NCBI GenBank assembly: GCA_963790185.1
Contig: CAWBNR010000016.1
Location: 1,528-65,527 of the forward strand
Length of the DNA stretch: 64,000 nt
Direction: 5' to 3'
DNA from: an uncultured Thermoleophilia bacterium
GTDB taxonomy: Bacteria > Actinomycetota > Thermoleophilia > UBA2241
The notes below the pieces were generated by a model that did no database searches, was not told the DNA's origin, and saw nothing but the letters and a program-made list of their open reading frames with translations. Both the position numbers and the translations under genes were made by a program. This document shows, in pieces, positions 49,871 through 61,449 of this stretch (the first letter of the stretch is position 1; every line of letters begins with the position of its first letter).

Positions 49871-50825
49871 GGCGCGCGCCCCAGCCGCGCCCGCAGCTCG
49901 TCGGCGGCGGCGGCCCACGCGACGCGCCGTCGTCGAGCGAGCGACGACATGCGCGCGGCGTACTCCTCGCGGCCCTCAAGCGCCGCCCCAAGGACAGCGG
50001 CGAGCGAGGCGGCATCGGCGCGCGCATACAGAGCGGCGTCGCCGAAGTAGTCCCGCAAGACGGCGTGGTCGGACGTGACCAGCGGCCGCCCGAGCACGAG
50101 CGCCTCGTATCCGCCCGACAGGAGCGTCTCCGGCCGGGTCGTGAGCACGACGACCACCTCGGAGCGCGCGAGCTGACGCCAGTAGTCGGCATCCGCGAGA
50201 AAGCCGGTGGGCGTGAGATTGGGCGGCCAAGGGCCGAGATCGCCGCGCGGCGCCCCCGTCACGGCGATCCGCACATCGGGCAGCGCACGCGCCACCGCCG
50301 GCAGGATCTCGATCGGCTCGTCTTTGGAGTAGGTGGCGACGACCGTGACCAGGCCGGGCCGGACGGCGACCTCGCCGACCTCCGCCGGCACGGCCGGCAG
50401 CGGGTCTGGCAGGACGAACGGTCGTGCGCCCCAGCCGCGCACCTGCGCGGCGAGCGACTCGTTCGTGACGACGACCGCCGCGGCGCGGCGCAGCAGCGGC
50501 AGCTCGAGCGGGCGGAGCAGCCGCCACTCGCGGGCGTAGAACGCGACCGTGTGCATGTCGACGACGAGGGGCGCCCCGCGCAGACGGGCGGCGGCGGCGG
50601 CCATGCCGACCGCCGGCGGCGGTGGCGCCATGACCCAGAACTCGCCGGCGACGGGCGCCAGCGCAGCCGCCGTCACGGCTGCCTGCCACGGGTACTTCAG
50701 CGGCACCGTCCACGGGCGCTTCGGCCACGGCGTCCTGATGAAACGCGCTGGAGGTCGAACTCGTGCGCCAGCGTCTCCGTACGCCGCGAGAACGGCGCCC
50801 ACGAGAGGAAGACGCCGCGACTCAC
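49867..50825 (-). CDS. GT-B fold glycosyltransferase, one frameshift near 50740
   Basis: GTG 50825 (GTGA overlap) gives VSRGVFLSWAPFSRRTETLAHEFDL in one frame, then FIRTPWPKRPWTVPLKYPW... in ORF 49867-50802. Confidence 0.6.
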
Positions 50826-52042
50826 CCGCCGCCCCCGGGGCCGGTCAGCTTCTCCCTGAGGCGATCGTACGCGGCCAGCAGATGCGGCGCTTGGCGCTCC
50901 CATGCCAGTGCACTCTCGAAGCGTTCGCGGGCGCGCGCACCCAGGCGCCGACGCTCCTCGTCCTCGTCGAGCAGCCGGCCGATGGCTCCGGCGAGCCCTT
51001 CCCACGACGGCTCCTGCGCGTAGACGACCGCATCTCCCCCCGTCACCATGTTCTCCGGCAGCGGGAAGGCGACGGAGGCGCGCGCCAGCGCCATGTACTC
51101 GACGATCTTGTTCATCGTCGAGATGTCGTTGAACGGACTCGACGGATCCGGTGCGACGCACACGTCGGCGTCGAGCAGAGCCGCGCTGAACTCCTCCGCC
51201 GTCTGGTAGCCGGGCATCAGCAAGGACCCGGCCAGCCCCAGCTCCTCACCGAGCCGCCGGATGCTCTCGTAGCTCTCGCCGTCGCCGGCGAGGTACAGCA
51301 GGATGTCGCGCCCCTCGCGCACGAGCCGCGCGACGGCGCGCACGAGCAGGTCCACGCCGTCCTGCGCGCCCATGACGCCGAGGTAGGCGACGAGATGACG
51401 ATGCCCGCGGCGATCGAAGCAGTCCTCGGAGGCAAGCGCGAACTCGTCGCGGCGAGGTCCGCTGCGGACGACGAAGACGTCCTGCTCGCGCTTGCCGCCG
51501 CGGGCGAGCGCGAGGCGCCGGTAGGAGTCGTTCGGCGAGATCACGACGTCGGCCAGCCGGTACGTCCTGCGCTCGACCCAGCGGACGACTCGCTCCGGGA
51601 ACGCGTCGCGCACCTCGCCGCCCCTCTTGGCGATCATGATCTCGGGGTTGGCGTCGTGCTGGTCGAAGACGAACGCGACGCCACGCGGGCGGAACAGCCG
51701 GCCGATGAGGAAGAAGAGGTCCGGAGGGTTGCAGGCGTGGATGACGTCGAACGGCCGCTCCGCCCAGATCCGCCGGGCGAGCGTCGCCGTGCGCCACAAC
51801 ATCGTGGAGTACTCACGGGGATAGCCCCTCAGAGCGGAAGCCCGGTACGCCAGCGGATAGCGGTGGATGCGGACGCCGTCCCGCTCCTCGAAGGCCTCGC
51901 GGTCGTGGCGCCCGCCCTGCGGGCAGATGACGGACACGTCGTAGCCGGCGGCGACCAGCGTCGTGCACTCGTGCCATACACGACGGTCGAACGGGACCGA
52001 CAGGTTCTCGACGAGCACGAGGATGTGGCGCGGATCCCTCAG
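50822..52042 (-). CDS. GT4-family glycosyltransferase (start codon uncertain)
   Basis: RHILVLVENLSVPFDRRVW...VAYLGVMGAQDGVDLL...ISTMNKIVEYMALARASVAF. No ATG/GTG/TTG lies just upstream in frame. A TATACT box and an out-of-frame ATG at about 52080-52110 suggest a small indel at the 5' end. Confidence 0.75.
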   Translation of the reverse strand: MRDPRHILVLVENLSVPFDRRVWHECTTLVAAGYDVSVICPQGGRHDREAFEERDGVRIHRYPLAYRASALRGYPREYSTMLWRTATLARRIWAERPFDVIHACNPPDLFFLIGRLFRPRGVAFVFDQHDANPEIMIAKRGGEVRDAFPERVVRWVERRTYRLADVVISPNDSYRRLALARGGKREQDVFVVRSGPRRDEFALASEDCFDRRGHRHLVAYLGVMGAQDGVDLLVRAVARLVREGRDILLYLAGDGESYESIRRLGEELGLAGSLLMPGYQTAEEFSAALLDADVCVAPDPSSPFNDISTMNKIVEYMALARASVAFPLPENMVTGGDAVVYAQEPSWEGLAGAIGRLLDEDEERRRLGARARERFESALAWERQAPHLLAAYDRLREKLTGPGGGG

Positions 52043-52152
52043 CGTCTCCCTCTCCCGTTCGCACGACGCGGCGCCGCCGGCATGCCGGCGGCGCCGCGAG
52101 TATACCCGAGCGTGGTCCCGACCGAAGCCCGAAGACGGCCCCGGCCCGAGGC

Positions 52153-53599
52153 TCAGTACGCGCCGCGCTTCTCGAGCACGGCAGGGATGGTCTGCAGGAG
52201 CAGCTTGATGTCCCAGCTGAGGCTCCAGCCGGTGACGTACATGTAGTCGAGCTTCACCATCTCGTCGAAGGGGATGTCGCTGCGTCCCAGCACCTGCCAG
52301 AGGCCGGTGATGCCGGGCGTGATGTCCAGACGCTTCTGCGTCCACCCCCGACACTGCTTCGCCTCTTCGATCCAGAGCGGCCGCGGCCCGACGAGACTCA
52401 TGTCGCCGCTCAGGACGTTGAGGATCTGCGGCAGCTCGTCGAGGCTCCAGCGGCGCAGCCAGCGGAACCGACGCGCGTCACCCGCGGGTCACTCTTCATC
52501 TTGAACATCGGTCCCGAGTACTCGTTGCGGTCGGCGAGCTCGTCGCGCAGGCTGCTCGGCGCCGGTCTCCATCGAGCGGAACTTGAAGATGTCGAAAGTG
52601 CGACCGCCCCGGCCCATCCGCTCCTGGCGGAAGAAGACGGGGCCGGGCGAGTCCAGCTTGATGAGCAGCGCGAGCACGACGAGGAGCGGCAGGATCAGCA
52701 CGAAGAAGATGCCGCCGACGACCAGGTCGAAGGTGCGCTTCACGGCCATGTTCAGCCGGCTCAACTCGACGTGCGCCGACGTCGAGCAGCGGGATGCCCT
52801 CGATGTCGTCGACGCCCGCCCGCGAGCTCACGACCTCGAAGAGCCGCGGCACGATGTTGACCCTGACGCCGTGGTCGGCGCAGGTGCGCACGAGGCGCAG
52901 GAACTCGCCGTGGCGCGCCCTGCGAGAAGGCGACGATCACGCGGTCGAGACCCTCGCGCTCGATGATCTCCACGAGGTCGGCCAGTGTCGCCCAGGACCG
53001 GCACCTCGGGCCCATTGCCGTTGCGCAGCGGCTCGCCGTCGTCGAGGAAGCCGACGACCTCCAACCGGTACTCGGGGTGTTTCGCGATCTTGTCGACCAG
53101 CGTGTGACCGACCTCACCGGCGCCCACGATCAGGGTCCGCTCGGCGAACCCCTCCCGCGCCCAGACGGTCGCCCGCGAGACCCAGCGCGCGAGCGGCACG
53201 AGCACCACCGAGGCGAACCAGAAGGCGATCAGCGCCGACACGGGCGCCGCCGCGCCGCTGACGAAGACCATGGCGATGAAGACCAGCCAGCTCGCGGCCG
53301 TCAGCGCGGAGAGGCCGTTCAGCGCCTCGAGGGCGGTCGCTCCGCCGATGCTGCGTCCGGGCTCTCGATAGAGGCCGAAGACGTACAACGCGAAGATCCA
53401 GACGGGCGTGAGGGCCAGCAGAAGCCAGAGATTCGCCGCCGCCCCGTCCGGGAAGGCGTTCACGAGGCGACCGACGAGCGGCACCTCGTCCGAGCGTTCC
53501 GGCCGCCCAGACCGCGACGAAGGCGCTCACGACGAGTCCGACCACGTCGGCACCGAGCGTTGCCACCTGACGCAGCCACGCCGGACGACGTCGGCTCAT
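52153..53599 (-). CDS. polyprenyl glycosylphosphotransferase (WbaP/EpsB-type priming sugar transferase), several frameshifts
   Basis: AVKRTFDLVVGGIFFVLILPLLVVLALLIKLDSPGPVFFRQERMGRGGRTFDIFKFRSM and LVGPRPLWIEEAK..LDITPGITGLWQVLGRSDIPFDEMVKLDYMYV. N-terminal TM helices and a Rossmann-like segment (LIVGAGEVGHTLV) lie in other frames. A start at 53767 is also possible. Confidence 0.8.
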
Positions 53600-53978
53600 G
53601 GCGCGCGTCCTCGCTCCTGCTGCGCGCCTCGCGATCAGTTCGTTGTGCCACGTGCTTTCGCCCACGTTGACTGTATCGGCAACATCGGCGACAGGCACAA
53701 GTTGTAGCGACCGGCTCCGTCCCTCAAGGACGACAGCGCTCGCGGTCGTGCTCTCGTCAGCTTTCATGAGTACAGCGCCCCTGCTGTAGGTGGCCCGCCC
53801 GAGAGTCTCTGCAGTGACTCTCGCTCCTCTCTATCGTCTCCCGACTACCCGAAAGAGGCAACCTCGAATCGGCGCAAACGCGGACGATGATGATAAGAGT
53901 TCGTATACAGGACTGGCAACGGGCAACTCCGACGGCTCCGGACCCGGCGTGCGCCGGCATCCTGCCCCCGCCGCGCGG

Positions 53979-54758
53979 CTAGACGATCGTCTCGAGCGTC
54001 TCGATCGCAGCGGCGCACGGCCGCCCTCGGCCGCGACCAGCACGGCGTCGATGCGCACCGGGCCCTCCGGCCACCTCGAACTGCTGCGGCATCTCGGTGA
54101 GGAAGCGCCGCAGGATGATGTCGGTGCGCACGCCGATCACCGATTCGGACGGGCCGGTCATGCCGACGTCGGTGATGTAGGCGGTCCCGCCCGGGAGCAC
54201 GCGCGCGTCCGAGGTCTGCACGTGCGTGTGCGTGCCCGACGACCGCGGTGACGCGACCGTCGAGGTAGTGACCCATGGCCACCTTCTCGCTGGTCGCCTC
54301 GGCGTGCAGGTCGACGACGATGGTCTCGGCCGCTCCGCGCCGCCTCGTCGACCAGCCGGTCGACGATGCGGAAGGGGCAGAGGCCGGTGTCCATGAAGAG
54401 GCTGCCGGCAAGGTTGATGACGGCGACCGGGCCGCCGCCGCGCGGCCGGCCGCACGGTGAGACCCCGGCCCGGCGCTCCCGCCGGGTAGTTGGCCGGCCG
54501 CACGATGCGCTCGTCGCGCGCCAGGAAGGGGAAGACCTCGCGCTGGCGCCAGACGTGGTTGCCGGTGGTGATCACGTCGACGCCGCCGTCGAGCAGCCGG
54601 AGGGCGATCTTGGAGGTGATGCCGGCGCCGTTGGCCGCGTTCTCGCCGTTGGCGATGACGAAGTCGACCGCGCGCTCTGCCACGAACCCGGGCAGCCAAC
54701 TCAGAAGAGCGTCGCGGCCGGGCTGGCCGAACACGTCGCCGACGAAGAGGATGTTCAC
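53979..54758 (-). CDS. YmdB-like metallophosphoesterase (TIGR00282 family), frameshifted
   Basis: GTG 54758 gives [18 protein letters not shown]...[17 protein letters not shown]...VITTGNHVW...[29 protein letters not shown]. Confidence 0.75.
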   Translation of the reverse strand: MNILFVGDVFGQPGRDALLSWLPGFVAERAVDFVIANGENAANGAGITSKIALRLLDGGVDVITTGNHVWRQREVFPFLARDERIVRPANYPAGAPGRGLTVRPAARRRPGRRHQPCRQPLHGHRPLPLPHRRPAGRRGGAERPRPSSSTCTPRRPARRWPWVTTSTVASPRSSGTHTHVQTSDARVLPGGTAYITDVGMTGPSESVIGVRTDIILRRFLTEMPQQFEVAGGPGAHRRRAGRGRGRPCAAAIETLETIV

Positions 54759-54820
54759 GACGGGGTCCTCACGCGCCGGCCCACGGCGCCGCTGCCCGAA
54801 CGGGCGCACGGCCGGCGGCG

Positions 54821-56343
54821 TCAGCCGCCGATGACCACGCGCACGGCCCCCTCGGCGGCGCGCAGCAGCGGCGGCGGGTAGAGGCCGATCGCAAGGACGC
54901 CGGCTGCGGCGATGCCCAACGGCGACGCTGACGCCGAGCGAGCGTCCGGCGCGCTCGGGCTCCACCGTCGCCCGTCCGGCGCGCTCGCGGAAGTACATGT
55001 ACCAGACGACGCGCAGGTAGTAGAAGGCCGAGACGGCGCTCATGACGACGGCGACGATGGCGAGCCACGTGTAGCCGGCGTCGACGACCGCCGTGAACAG
55101 GTAGAACTTGCCCCAGAAGCCGACCGTCGGCGGGATGCCCGTGAGCGAGACCATGAAGAGCGGTCATGGCGAGCGCCGCGCCACGGCATGCTGCGCCCGA
55201 GGCCGGCGATCTCGTCGAGCGTGTAGCCGAAGGCGCGCCGGTTGCGGATGCAGACGAGCATGCCGAAGGCGCCGAGGTTCATGAACGCGTAGGCGCCGAG
55301 GTAGAAGAGCACGGCGCTCGCGCCCGGCCGTGCTCGCCGCGAGCGCGCCGGCGGCGATGAGGCCCGAGCAGCAGGTAGCCGGCGTGGGCGATGCTCGAGT
55401 AGGCGAGCATGCGCTTGAGGTTGCGCTGCGGCAGGGCGAGCACGTTGCCGACCACCATCGTGAGCACGGCGAGGATGATCGAGCGCGTCGGTCCAGACGT
55501 GCCACTGCGGCGCCGCCGCCACCACGAACAGCTTGAGGAAGCCGGCGAAGGCGCCGGCCTTGACGCCCACCGACATGAAGGCGGTGACCGGCGTGGGGGC
55601 GCCCTCGTAGACGTCGGGCGCCCAGCTGTGGAAGGGCACGGCCGAGATCTTGAAGCCGAAGCCGACGATGACCAGCACGAGCGCCACGAGCTGAGCCGCG
55701 TGGCGTCGCCGCCCAGGTCGGCGAGGCTCGGCGGCGATGCTCGCGTAGTTGGTCTGCGCCGGTCGCGCCGTAGAGCAGCGCCAGGCCGAAGAGCCAGGAT
55801 CGCCGAGGCGAAGGCGCCGTTGATGAAGTACTTGATCGCCGCCTCGCCGGAGCGCTGCGTCGCCGCGCAGCGAAGCCGGCCAGCACGTAGGTCGGCAGCG
55901 ACATGAGCTCGAAGGCGATGAAGAGGGCGATGACGTCGGTCGAGACGGCCATGCCGATCATGCCGGTGATGATCAGCAGCAGCAGCCCGTAGAACTCGCC
56001 CTGGCCGCGGCCGCGGGCCTGCAGGTAGGCGTCCGAGAGCATGATGGTGAGCACGCCGATGACGCAGAAGAGCAGCATGAAGAAGAGGGCGTACTTGTCG
56101 AGGGCGACCATGCTGGCTGAAGCCCGGCCTGGCGGTCGCGGCCGGTCGAAGTGCGACGCCGTCCTCGAAGCGCGATCCACTGCCCGACGGCCACGCGCGG
56201 CGGCGACCACGAGGCCGGCCGCCGCGACCCAGGCGAGCACCGCCTTGCGGCGCGGACGAACATGTCGACCAGCAGAAGCACCAGCAGCGGCCGCGGCCAC
56301 GACGACGGCCGGGCAGGATGAGGATCGACGCGAGTTGTCGCAT
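54821..56343 (-). CDS. nuoN: NADH-quinone oxidoreductase subunit N, frameshifted
   Basis: [48 protein letters not shown], and [18 protein letters not shown] are spread over three frames. Confidence 0.85.
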
Positions 56344-57954
56344 CTAGAACAGCCCCTTGGCGACGTCGAAGAGCTGGGCGAGGCCGTCGCCGTGCGCGCC
56401 TCGCCAGCGACGGGCGTCACGCTGGTCGAGGATCTCCTGCACCGGCACGTGCAGGAAGGTCGAGGAAGGTGTTCGGGTAGACGCCGACCCAGACCGCGAA
56501 GACGACGCAGCGGCACCAGCGAGGCGATCTCGCGGAGAGCCGAAGTCGCGCAGCGGCTCGCGCGGCCTCACGTCGACGTCGCCGCGGTCGTTGAACGAGC
56601 ACGCGCTGGTACATCCAGAGCAGGTAGCAGGCGGCGAGGATCACGCCGATGGCGGCCGATCGCCGCCAGCGCAGTGCGAGTAGTGGAAGAGCGCCGAGCA
56701 GGCTGAGGAACTCGCCGACGAAGCCGTTGAGGCCGGGCAGGCCGAGCGAGCCGAGCGTGAAGAACAGGAAGAAGCCGGCCAGGATCGGCAGCGGCTTCGC
56801 CAGGGTGCCCATGGCGGCGATCTCGCGCGTGTGCGTGCGCTCGTAGAGGAAGCCGACCAGGAGGAAGAGGGCGCCCGTGAGGATGCCGTGGCTGAACATC
56901 ACCAGGATGGCGCCCTCCATGCCCTGCGGGTTGCCGAGCGATGGCGATGGCGGCGAAGATGCCGGCCGTGACGAAGCCCATGTGGCTCACGCTCGAGTAG
57001 GCGACGAGCTTCTTGAGGTCCTTCTGCATCATCGACGACGAGCGCGCCGTAGATGATGGCGATCACCGAGAGCGACGAGCACGCAAGGCACGAAGTCGAT
57101 GGCGGCGTCGGGGAAGATCGGCAGGCAGAAGCGCAGGATGCCGTAGCCGCCCATCTTCAGCAGCACGCCGGCCAGGATCACCGAGCCGGCGGTCGGCGCC
57201 TCGACGTGGGCGTCGGGCAGCCAGGTGTGCACCGGGAACATCGGCACCTTGATGGCGAACGCCACGAAGAAGGCGAGGAACGCCCAGAACTGCAGGCCGT
57301 ACGGGTAGCACCTGGCTGCTCGAGCTCCTGGATGTTGAAGGTGAGGGCCGCCGGTGCGCGTTCTTGACGTAGTACACGACGGCGATGATGGCGACCAGCA
57401 TGAGCAGGCTGCCGACCAGCGTGAAGAGGAAGAACTTGATGGCCGCGTAGATCTTCCGCGGGCCGCCCCAGATACCGATGATGAAGTACATCGGCACCAG
57501 CATGGCCTCCCAGAACACGTAGAAGAGGAAGATGTCGGTGGCGCAGAAGACGCCGGTCATGCCGGTCTGCAGCAGCAGCAGCGAGATGAAGAAGCCGCGC
57601 TCGCGGTCCTTGACGTAGTTCCAGCTGCGCGATGATGACGATGACGCCGAGCAGCGTGGTGAGGAAGAGCAGCAGGGCGGCGATGCCGTCGATCGCCGAA
57701 GCCGTAGTGGATGTTGAAGCGGTTGATCCAGGTCGAAGTCCTCGACGAACTGCATGCCCGGCCGGTCGCGGTGGAACGCGAAGCAGCATGACGACGCTGA
57801 GCACGAAGGCGACCAGCGTCGCGACCAGGGCGATCGATCTTGTAGACGGTCGGCCGGCCCTTGCCGACCAGCAGCATGACGAGCGACCGCCGGCAGCGGC
57901 AGGTAGGTGATGACCGAGAGGATCGGGAAGCCGATCTGCTCGCTGCCAGCCCAT
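56344..57954 (-). CDS. nuoM: NADH-quinone oxidoreductase subunit M, frameshifted
   Basis: [76 protein letters not shown], and [21 protein letters not shown]. Boundaries are approximate. Confidence 0.85.
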
Positions 57955-59867
57955 CTCGCCTGCCCTCCAGAGCCAGCGAACGACGACGACGAGCACGAGC
58001 ATGCCGGCGAAGATGCCGAGGGCGTAGTTCTGCAGCGCGGCCCGTCTGCAGCGGCCGAAGAGCCGCGCCAGCCGCGCCCAGCAGCCAGGCGATGCCGTTG
58101 ACGGCGCCGTCGATGACCTGCGTCGTCGAAGAACGTCCACAGCCAGCCGGCGAAGCTCACGGTGCGCCGGATCGGCGCCACCTCGTAGAACTCGTCCATG
58201 TAGAACTTGTTGAGCGAGGCCTGGTAGGCCCACGGCAGCCGCGCCGCCAGCCGCGCGGGCAGCTCGCGGCGGCGCGATGTACATGACGTAGGCCAGGTAG
58301 ATGCCGGCGAGCGACGACGGCCAGCGAGAGGAGCATGAGCAGCGCCGCCGTCGCCGAGCCAGGCGAACTTCTCGGGCTCGACGTCGAAGAACACGGGCTC
58401 GAGGAAGCGTGTGGATCCAGCCCGCCTCCGGCGGCCAGCCCGACGAGCACGCCGAGCAGCGCCGCCGGGATCGGCCAGGAGCACGAGCGGCACGCGTCAT
58501 CACCTTGGGCGACTCGTGGATGTGGTGCTGCACCTCCTCGGAGGCGCGGCTCTCGCCGAAGAAGGTCATGAAGATGAGGCGGAACATGAAGACCGCGGTG
58601 AGGAAGGCGGTGACGATGCCGACGACCCAGACGCACGTAGTAGCCGCCGTCGAAGGCGCCGCCGAGGATCTCGTCCTTGGCCCAGAAGCCGGCGAGCGGG
58701 AAGACGCCGACGATGGCGAGGGCGCCGATCATCATCGTCCAGAACGTGACCGGCATGCGCTTGCGCAGGCCGCCCATCTTGCGCATGTCCTGCTCGCCGC
58801 CCATGGCGTGGATCACCGAGCCGGAGCCGAGGAACAGCAGGCCCTTGAAGAAGCCGTGCGCGAACAGGTAGAAGATGCCCGCCGCCCAGGCGCCGGCGCC
58901 GAGCGCCATGAACATGAAGCCCAGCGACGAGATGGTGCGAGTAGGCGATCACCTTCTTGATGTCGTTCTGGGTGAGCGCGATGTACGCCGCGTAGATGGC
59001 CGTGAAGGCGCCGATGCCCATGACCACGAGCATGGCGGCGTGCGAGTGGATGAAGAGCGGGTACGAGCGCGCCACCATGTAGACGCCGGCGTTGACCATG
59101 GTGGCGGCGTGGATCAGGGCGCTGACCGGCGTGGGGCCTTCCATGGCGTCGGGCAGCCACACGTGCAGCGGGAACTGGGCGCTCTTGCCGATCGCGCCGG
59201 TGAAGAGCAGCAGGCAGATCCAGGTCAGCGTCGCCGAGCCGATCGCTGCTCGGCCTTGCCGAACACGCCCGTGAACTGCAGCGTGCCGGTGGTCAGGAAG
59301 ATGAGGAACATGCCCGAGCGTGAAGCCGAAGTCGCCGACGCGGTTGACGAGGAACGCCTTCTTGCCGGCCTGGCTCGCGCTCTTCTTGCGGAACCAGAAG
59401 GCGATCAGCAGGTAGGAGCAGAGACCGACGCCCTCCCAGGCCAGGAACATGAGCAGGTAGCTGTCCGCCAGGATCAGCACGAACATGGCGAACATGAAGA
59501 GGTTGAGGTAGGCGAAGAAGCGGTAGTAGCCCTCGTCGCCGTGCATGTAGCCGATCGAGTAGTAGTGCACGAGCATGCCGATGGTGCCCACGACCAGCAG
59601 CATGATGGCGGTCAGCGAGTCGACGTGGTAGCCCCACGTGACGTGAACTCGCCGGCGGTGATCCACGTGAAGAGATTGACCTCGAGCGGCTCCTCGGGGT
59701 GCTCGAAGACGTGCGCGAAGACGATGACGGAGAGGACGCAGGACACGGTGACGAGGGCCGTCGCGAGCACGTGCGCGTGCGTGCCGAAGAGGCGCTTGCC
59801 GAGCGAGCAGCGTGATGACGAAGCCGGCGAGCGGCAGCAGCGGGATGAGGGTGACGATCGCGCTCAC
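57951..59867 (-). CDS. nuoL: NADH-quinone oxidoreductase subunit L, frameshifted
   Basis: GTG 59867 gives [18 protein letters not shown]... Further segments are [73 protein letters not shown], and [10 protein letters not shown]. The 3' end is approximate. Confidence 0.85.
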
Positions 59868-59897
59868 GAGCGCTGCTCCTGCAGTGGTCGATGCACG

Positions 59898-60218
59898 TTA
59901 CCCCTTCAGCTCGTCGAAGCTCGTCGGCCTGCACGGTGCGCCGGTTGCGGTAGTTGGCGATCACGATCGCCAGGCCGATGGTGACCTCGGCGGCGGCGAG
60001 CGTGATGACGAAGAGCGCGAAGATCGTGCCGGCGCCCGGAGCGCCGGGCGGAAGTTGGTGATCGCGACGAGCGCGATGTTGACGGCGTTGAGCATGAGCT
60101 CGAGGCTCATGACGATGAGGATCGATGTTGCGCCGCGCCAGCACGCCGAAGGCGCCGATGCAGAAGAGCAGCGCGGCGAGCAGCAGCTACCAGTCGAGAG
60201 CGCGTCATCGCCGCTCAT
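59898..60218 (-). CDS. nuoK: NADH-quinone oxidoreductase subunit K, frameshifted
   Basis: ATG 60218 follows a GCAGGAGGAGG RBS. Segments: FCIGAFGVLARRN, MSLELMLNAVNIALVA, and ALFVITLAAAEVTIGLAIVIANYR. Confidence 0.8.
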
Positions 60219-60729
60219 CCTCCTCCTGCGCGCCAGCAGGATCGCGCCGACCATGGCCGCCAGCAGCACCAGCGAGACGAGCTCGAAGGGCAGCACGTAG
60301 CGCGTTGAAGAGCAGCCGCGAGATCGCGTGCAGCCCGGGGTTGAGCGAGACCTCGCCGACCGTCGACGACGCCCGGCGCTGACGAGGCACGCGGCAGACG
60401 ACGGCCGCCGCGGCCACGCGCGAGCGGCGCGGCGAAGATGCGTCTGCCGGTTGAAGAACAGGCGGAAGTCGCCGTGCTGGGCCTCGGTGAGCATGATGGC
60501 GAACAGGATCACCACCGAGATGGCGCCCGACGTAGATGAGGATCTGGATGATGGCCACCAGGGCTCGGCGTTCAGCAGCGCGTAGGCGACGGCCACGCCG
60601 AGGAAGCAGAAGACCATGCTGACGGCCGAGTGGACGATGTTCTTGAAGAGCGACGACGCCGATGCCGCAGACCAGGATCCAGGCGGCGATGATGACGAAC
60701 AGCACGGGATGGAAGTCGCCGCCCGGCAT
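60190..60729 (-). CDS. nuoJ: NADH-quinone oxidoreductase subunit J, frameshifted
   Basis: [26 protein letters not shown]..., VFCFLGVAVAYALLNAE, and YVLPFELVSLVLLAAMVGAILLAR. The 3' end is approximate. Confidence 0.75.
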
Positions 60730-61449
60730 CAGGCCTCCTCCTCCTCGTCGCGATCGAGGTCGACCGGCTCGTCCTTGATCGGGCTCCCAGGCCCAGCCTC
60801 GGCCGAGGATCGAGTCGCGCACGTGCGGCACCAGGTCGGTGAGCGTCTCGCGCAGCGGGTCGACCGGGCGCGGCTCGCGCACGAAGAGCGACTCGCCGGC
60901 CAGCGCCGTGCGGCTGAAGCCGGCGAGCTCGAAGAAGTCGGTCTGCTCGAGCGCGTCGTACGGGCAGACCTCGACGCACTCGCCGCAGAACATGCAGCGG
61001 CTCTCGTCGAGGTCGTAGCTGACCAGCAGGCGCGGGTTGGTCACGATCGAGCCGGTCGGGCAGGTCTCGGCGCACTTGCCGCAGGAGACGCAGCCGACCA
61101 TCTGCAGCGGCATGTTGTCGGCGGTCGAGACGATCGTGTCGAAGCCGCGGCCCATGTTGTCGTAGCAGCTCGAGCCGACCTCGAGCCGGCAGATGCGCAC
61201 GCAGCGGCCGCAGTTGATGCAGCGGTTGGGCTCGCGCATGATGAAGTCGTGGCGGAAGTCGGCCGGGTAGTTGTGGGCCGCGCCGCCGTGGAAGCGGTTC
61301 TTGAAGACCTCGTACTCGATGCCGTAGCGCTGCAGGTCGCACTTGCCGTTGGCCGGGCAGTAGCAGTCGAGGCAGAGCTCGGCGCCGCGCACGGCCTCGT
61401 CCTCGCTGAAGCCCAGCTCGATCTGCTTGAAGTTCGCTCTTGCGCTCAT
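60729..61449 (-). CDS. polyferredoxin-type FeS protein (NuoG-N-terminal-like 4Fe-4S region + NuoI-like CxxCxxCxxxCP), occupying the nuoI position; one frameshift near the 3' end
   Basis: [31 protein letters not shown]...[21 protein letters not shown]...[19 protein letters not shown]...[23 protein letters not shown] overlap with the upstream gene and a 1-nt overlap with the nuoJ start. Confidence 0.65.

Noticed and set aside
53800-53822. Inverted repeat gagagtc-tctgcagt-gactctc as the terminator of the ymdB/nuo transcription unit or as a riboswitch in the EPS leader.
   Set aside because: The stem is only 7 bp with an 8-nt loop, there is no U-tract, and I see no resemblance to a known leader motif. 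The evidence is too weak to call.
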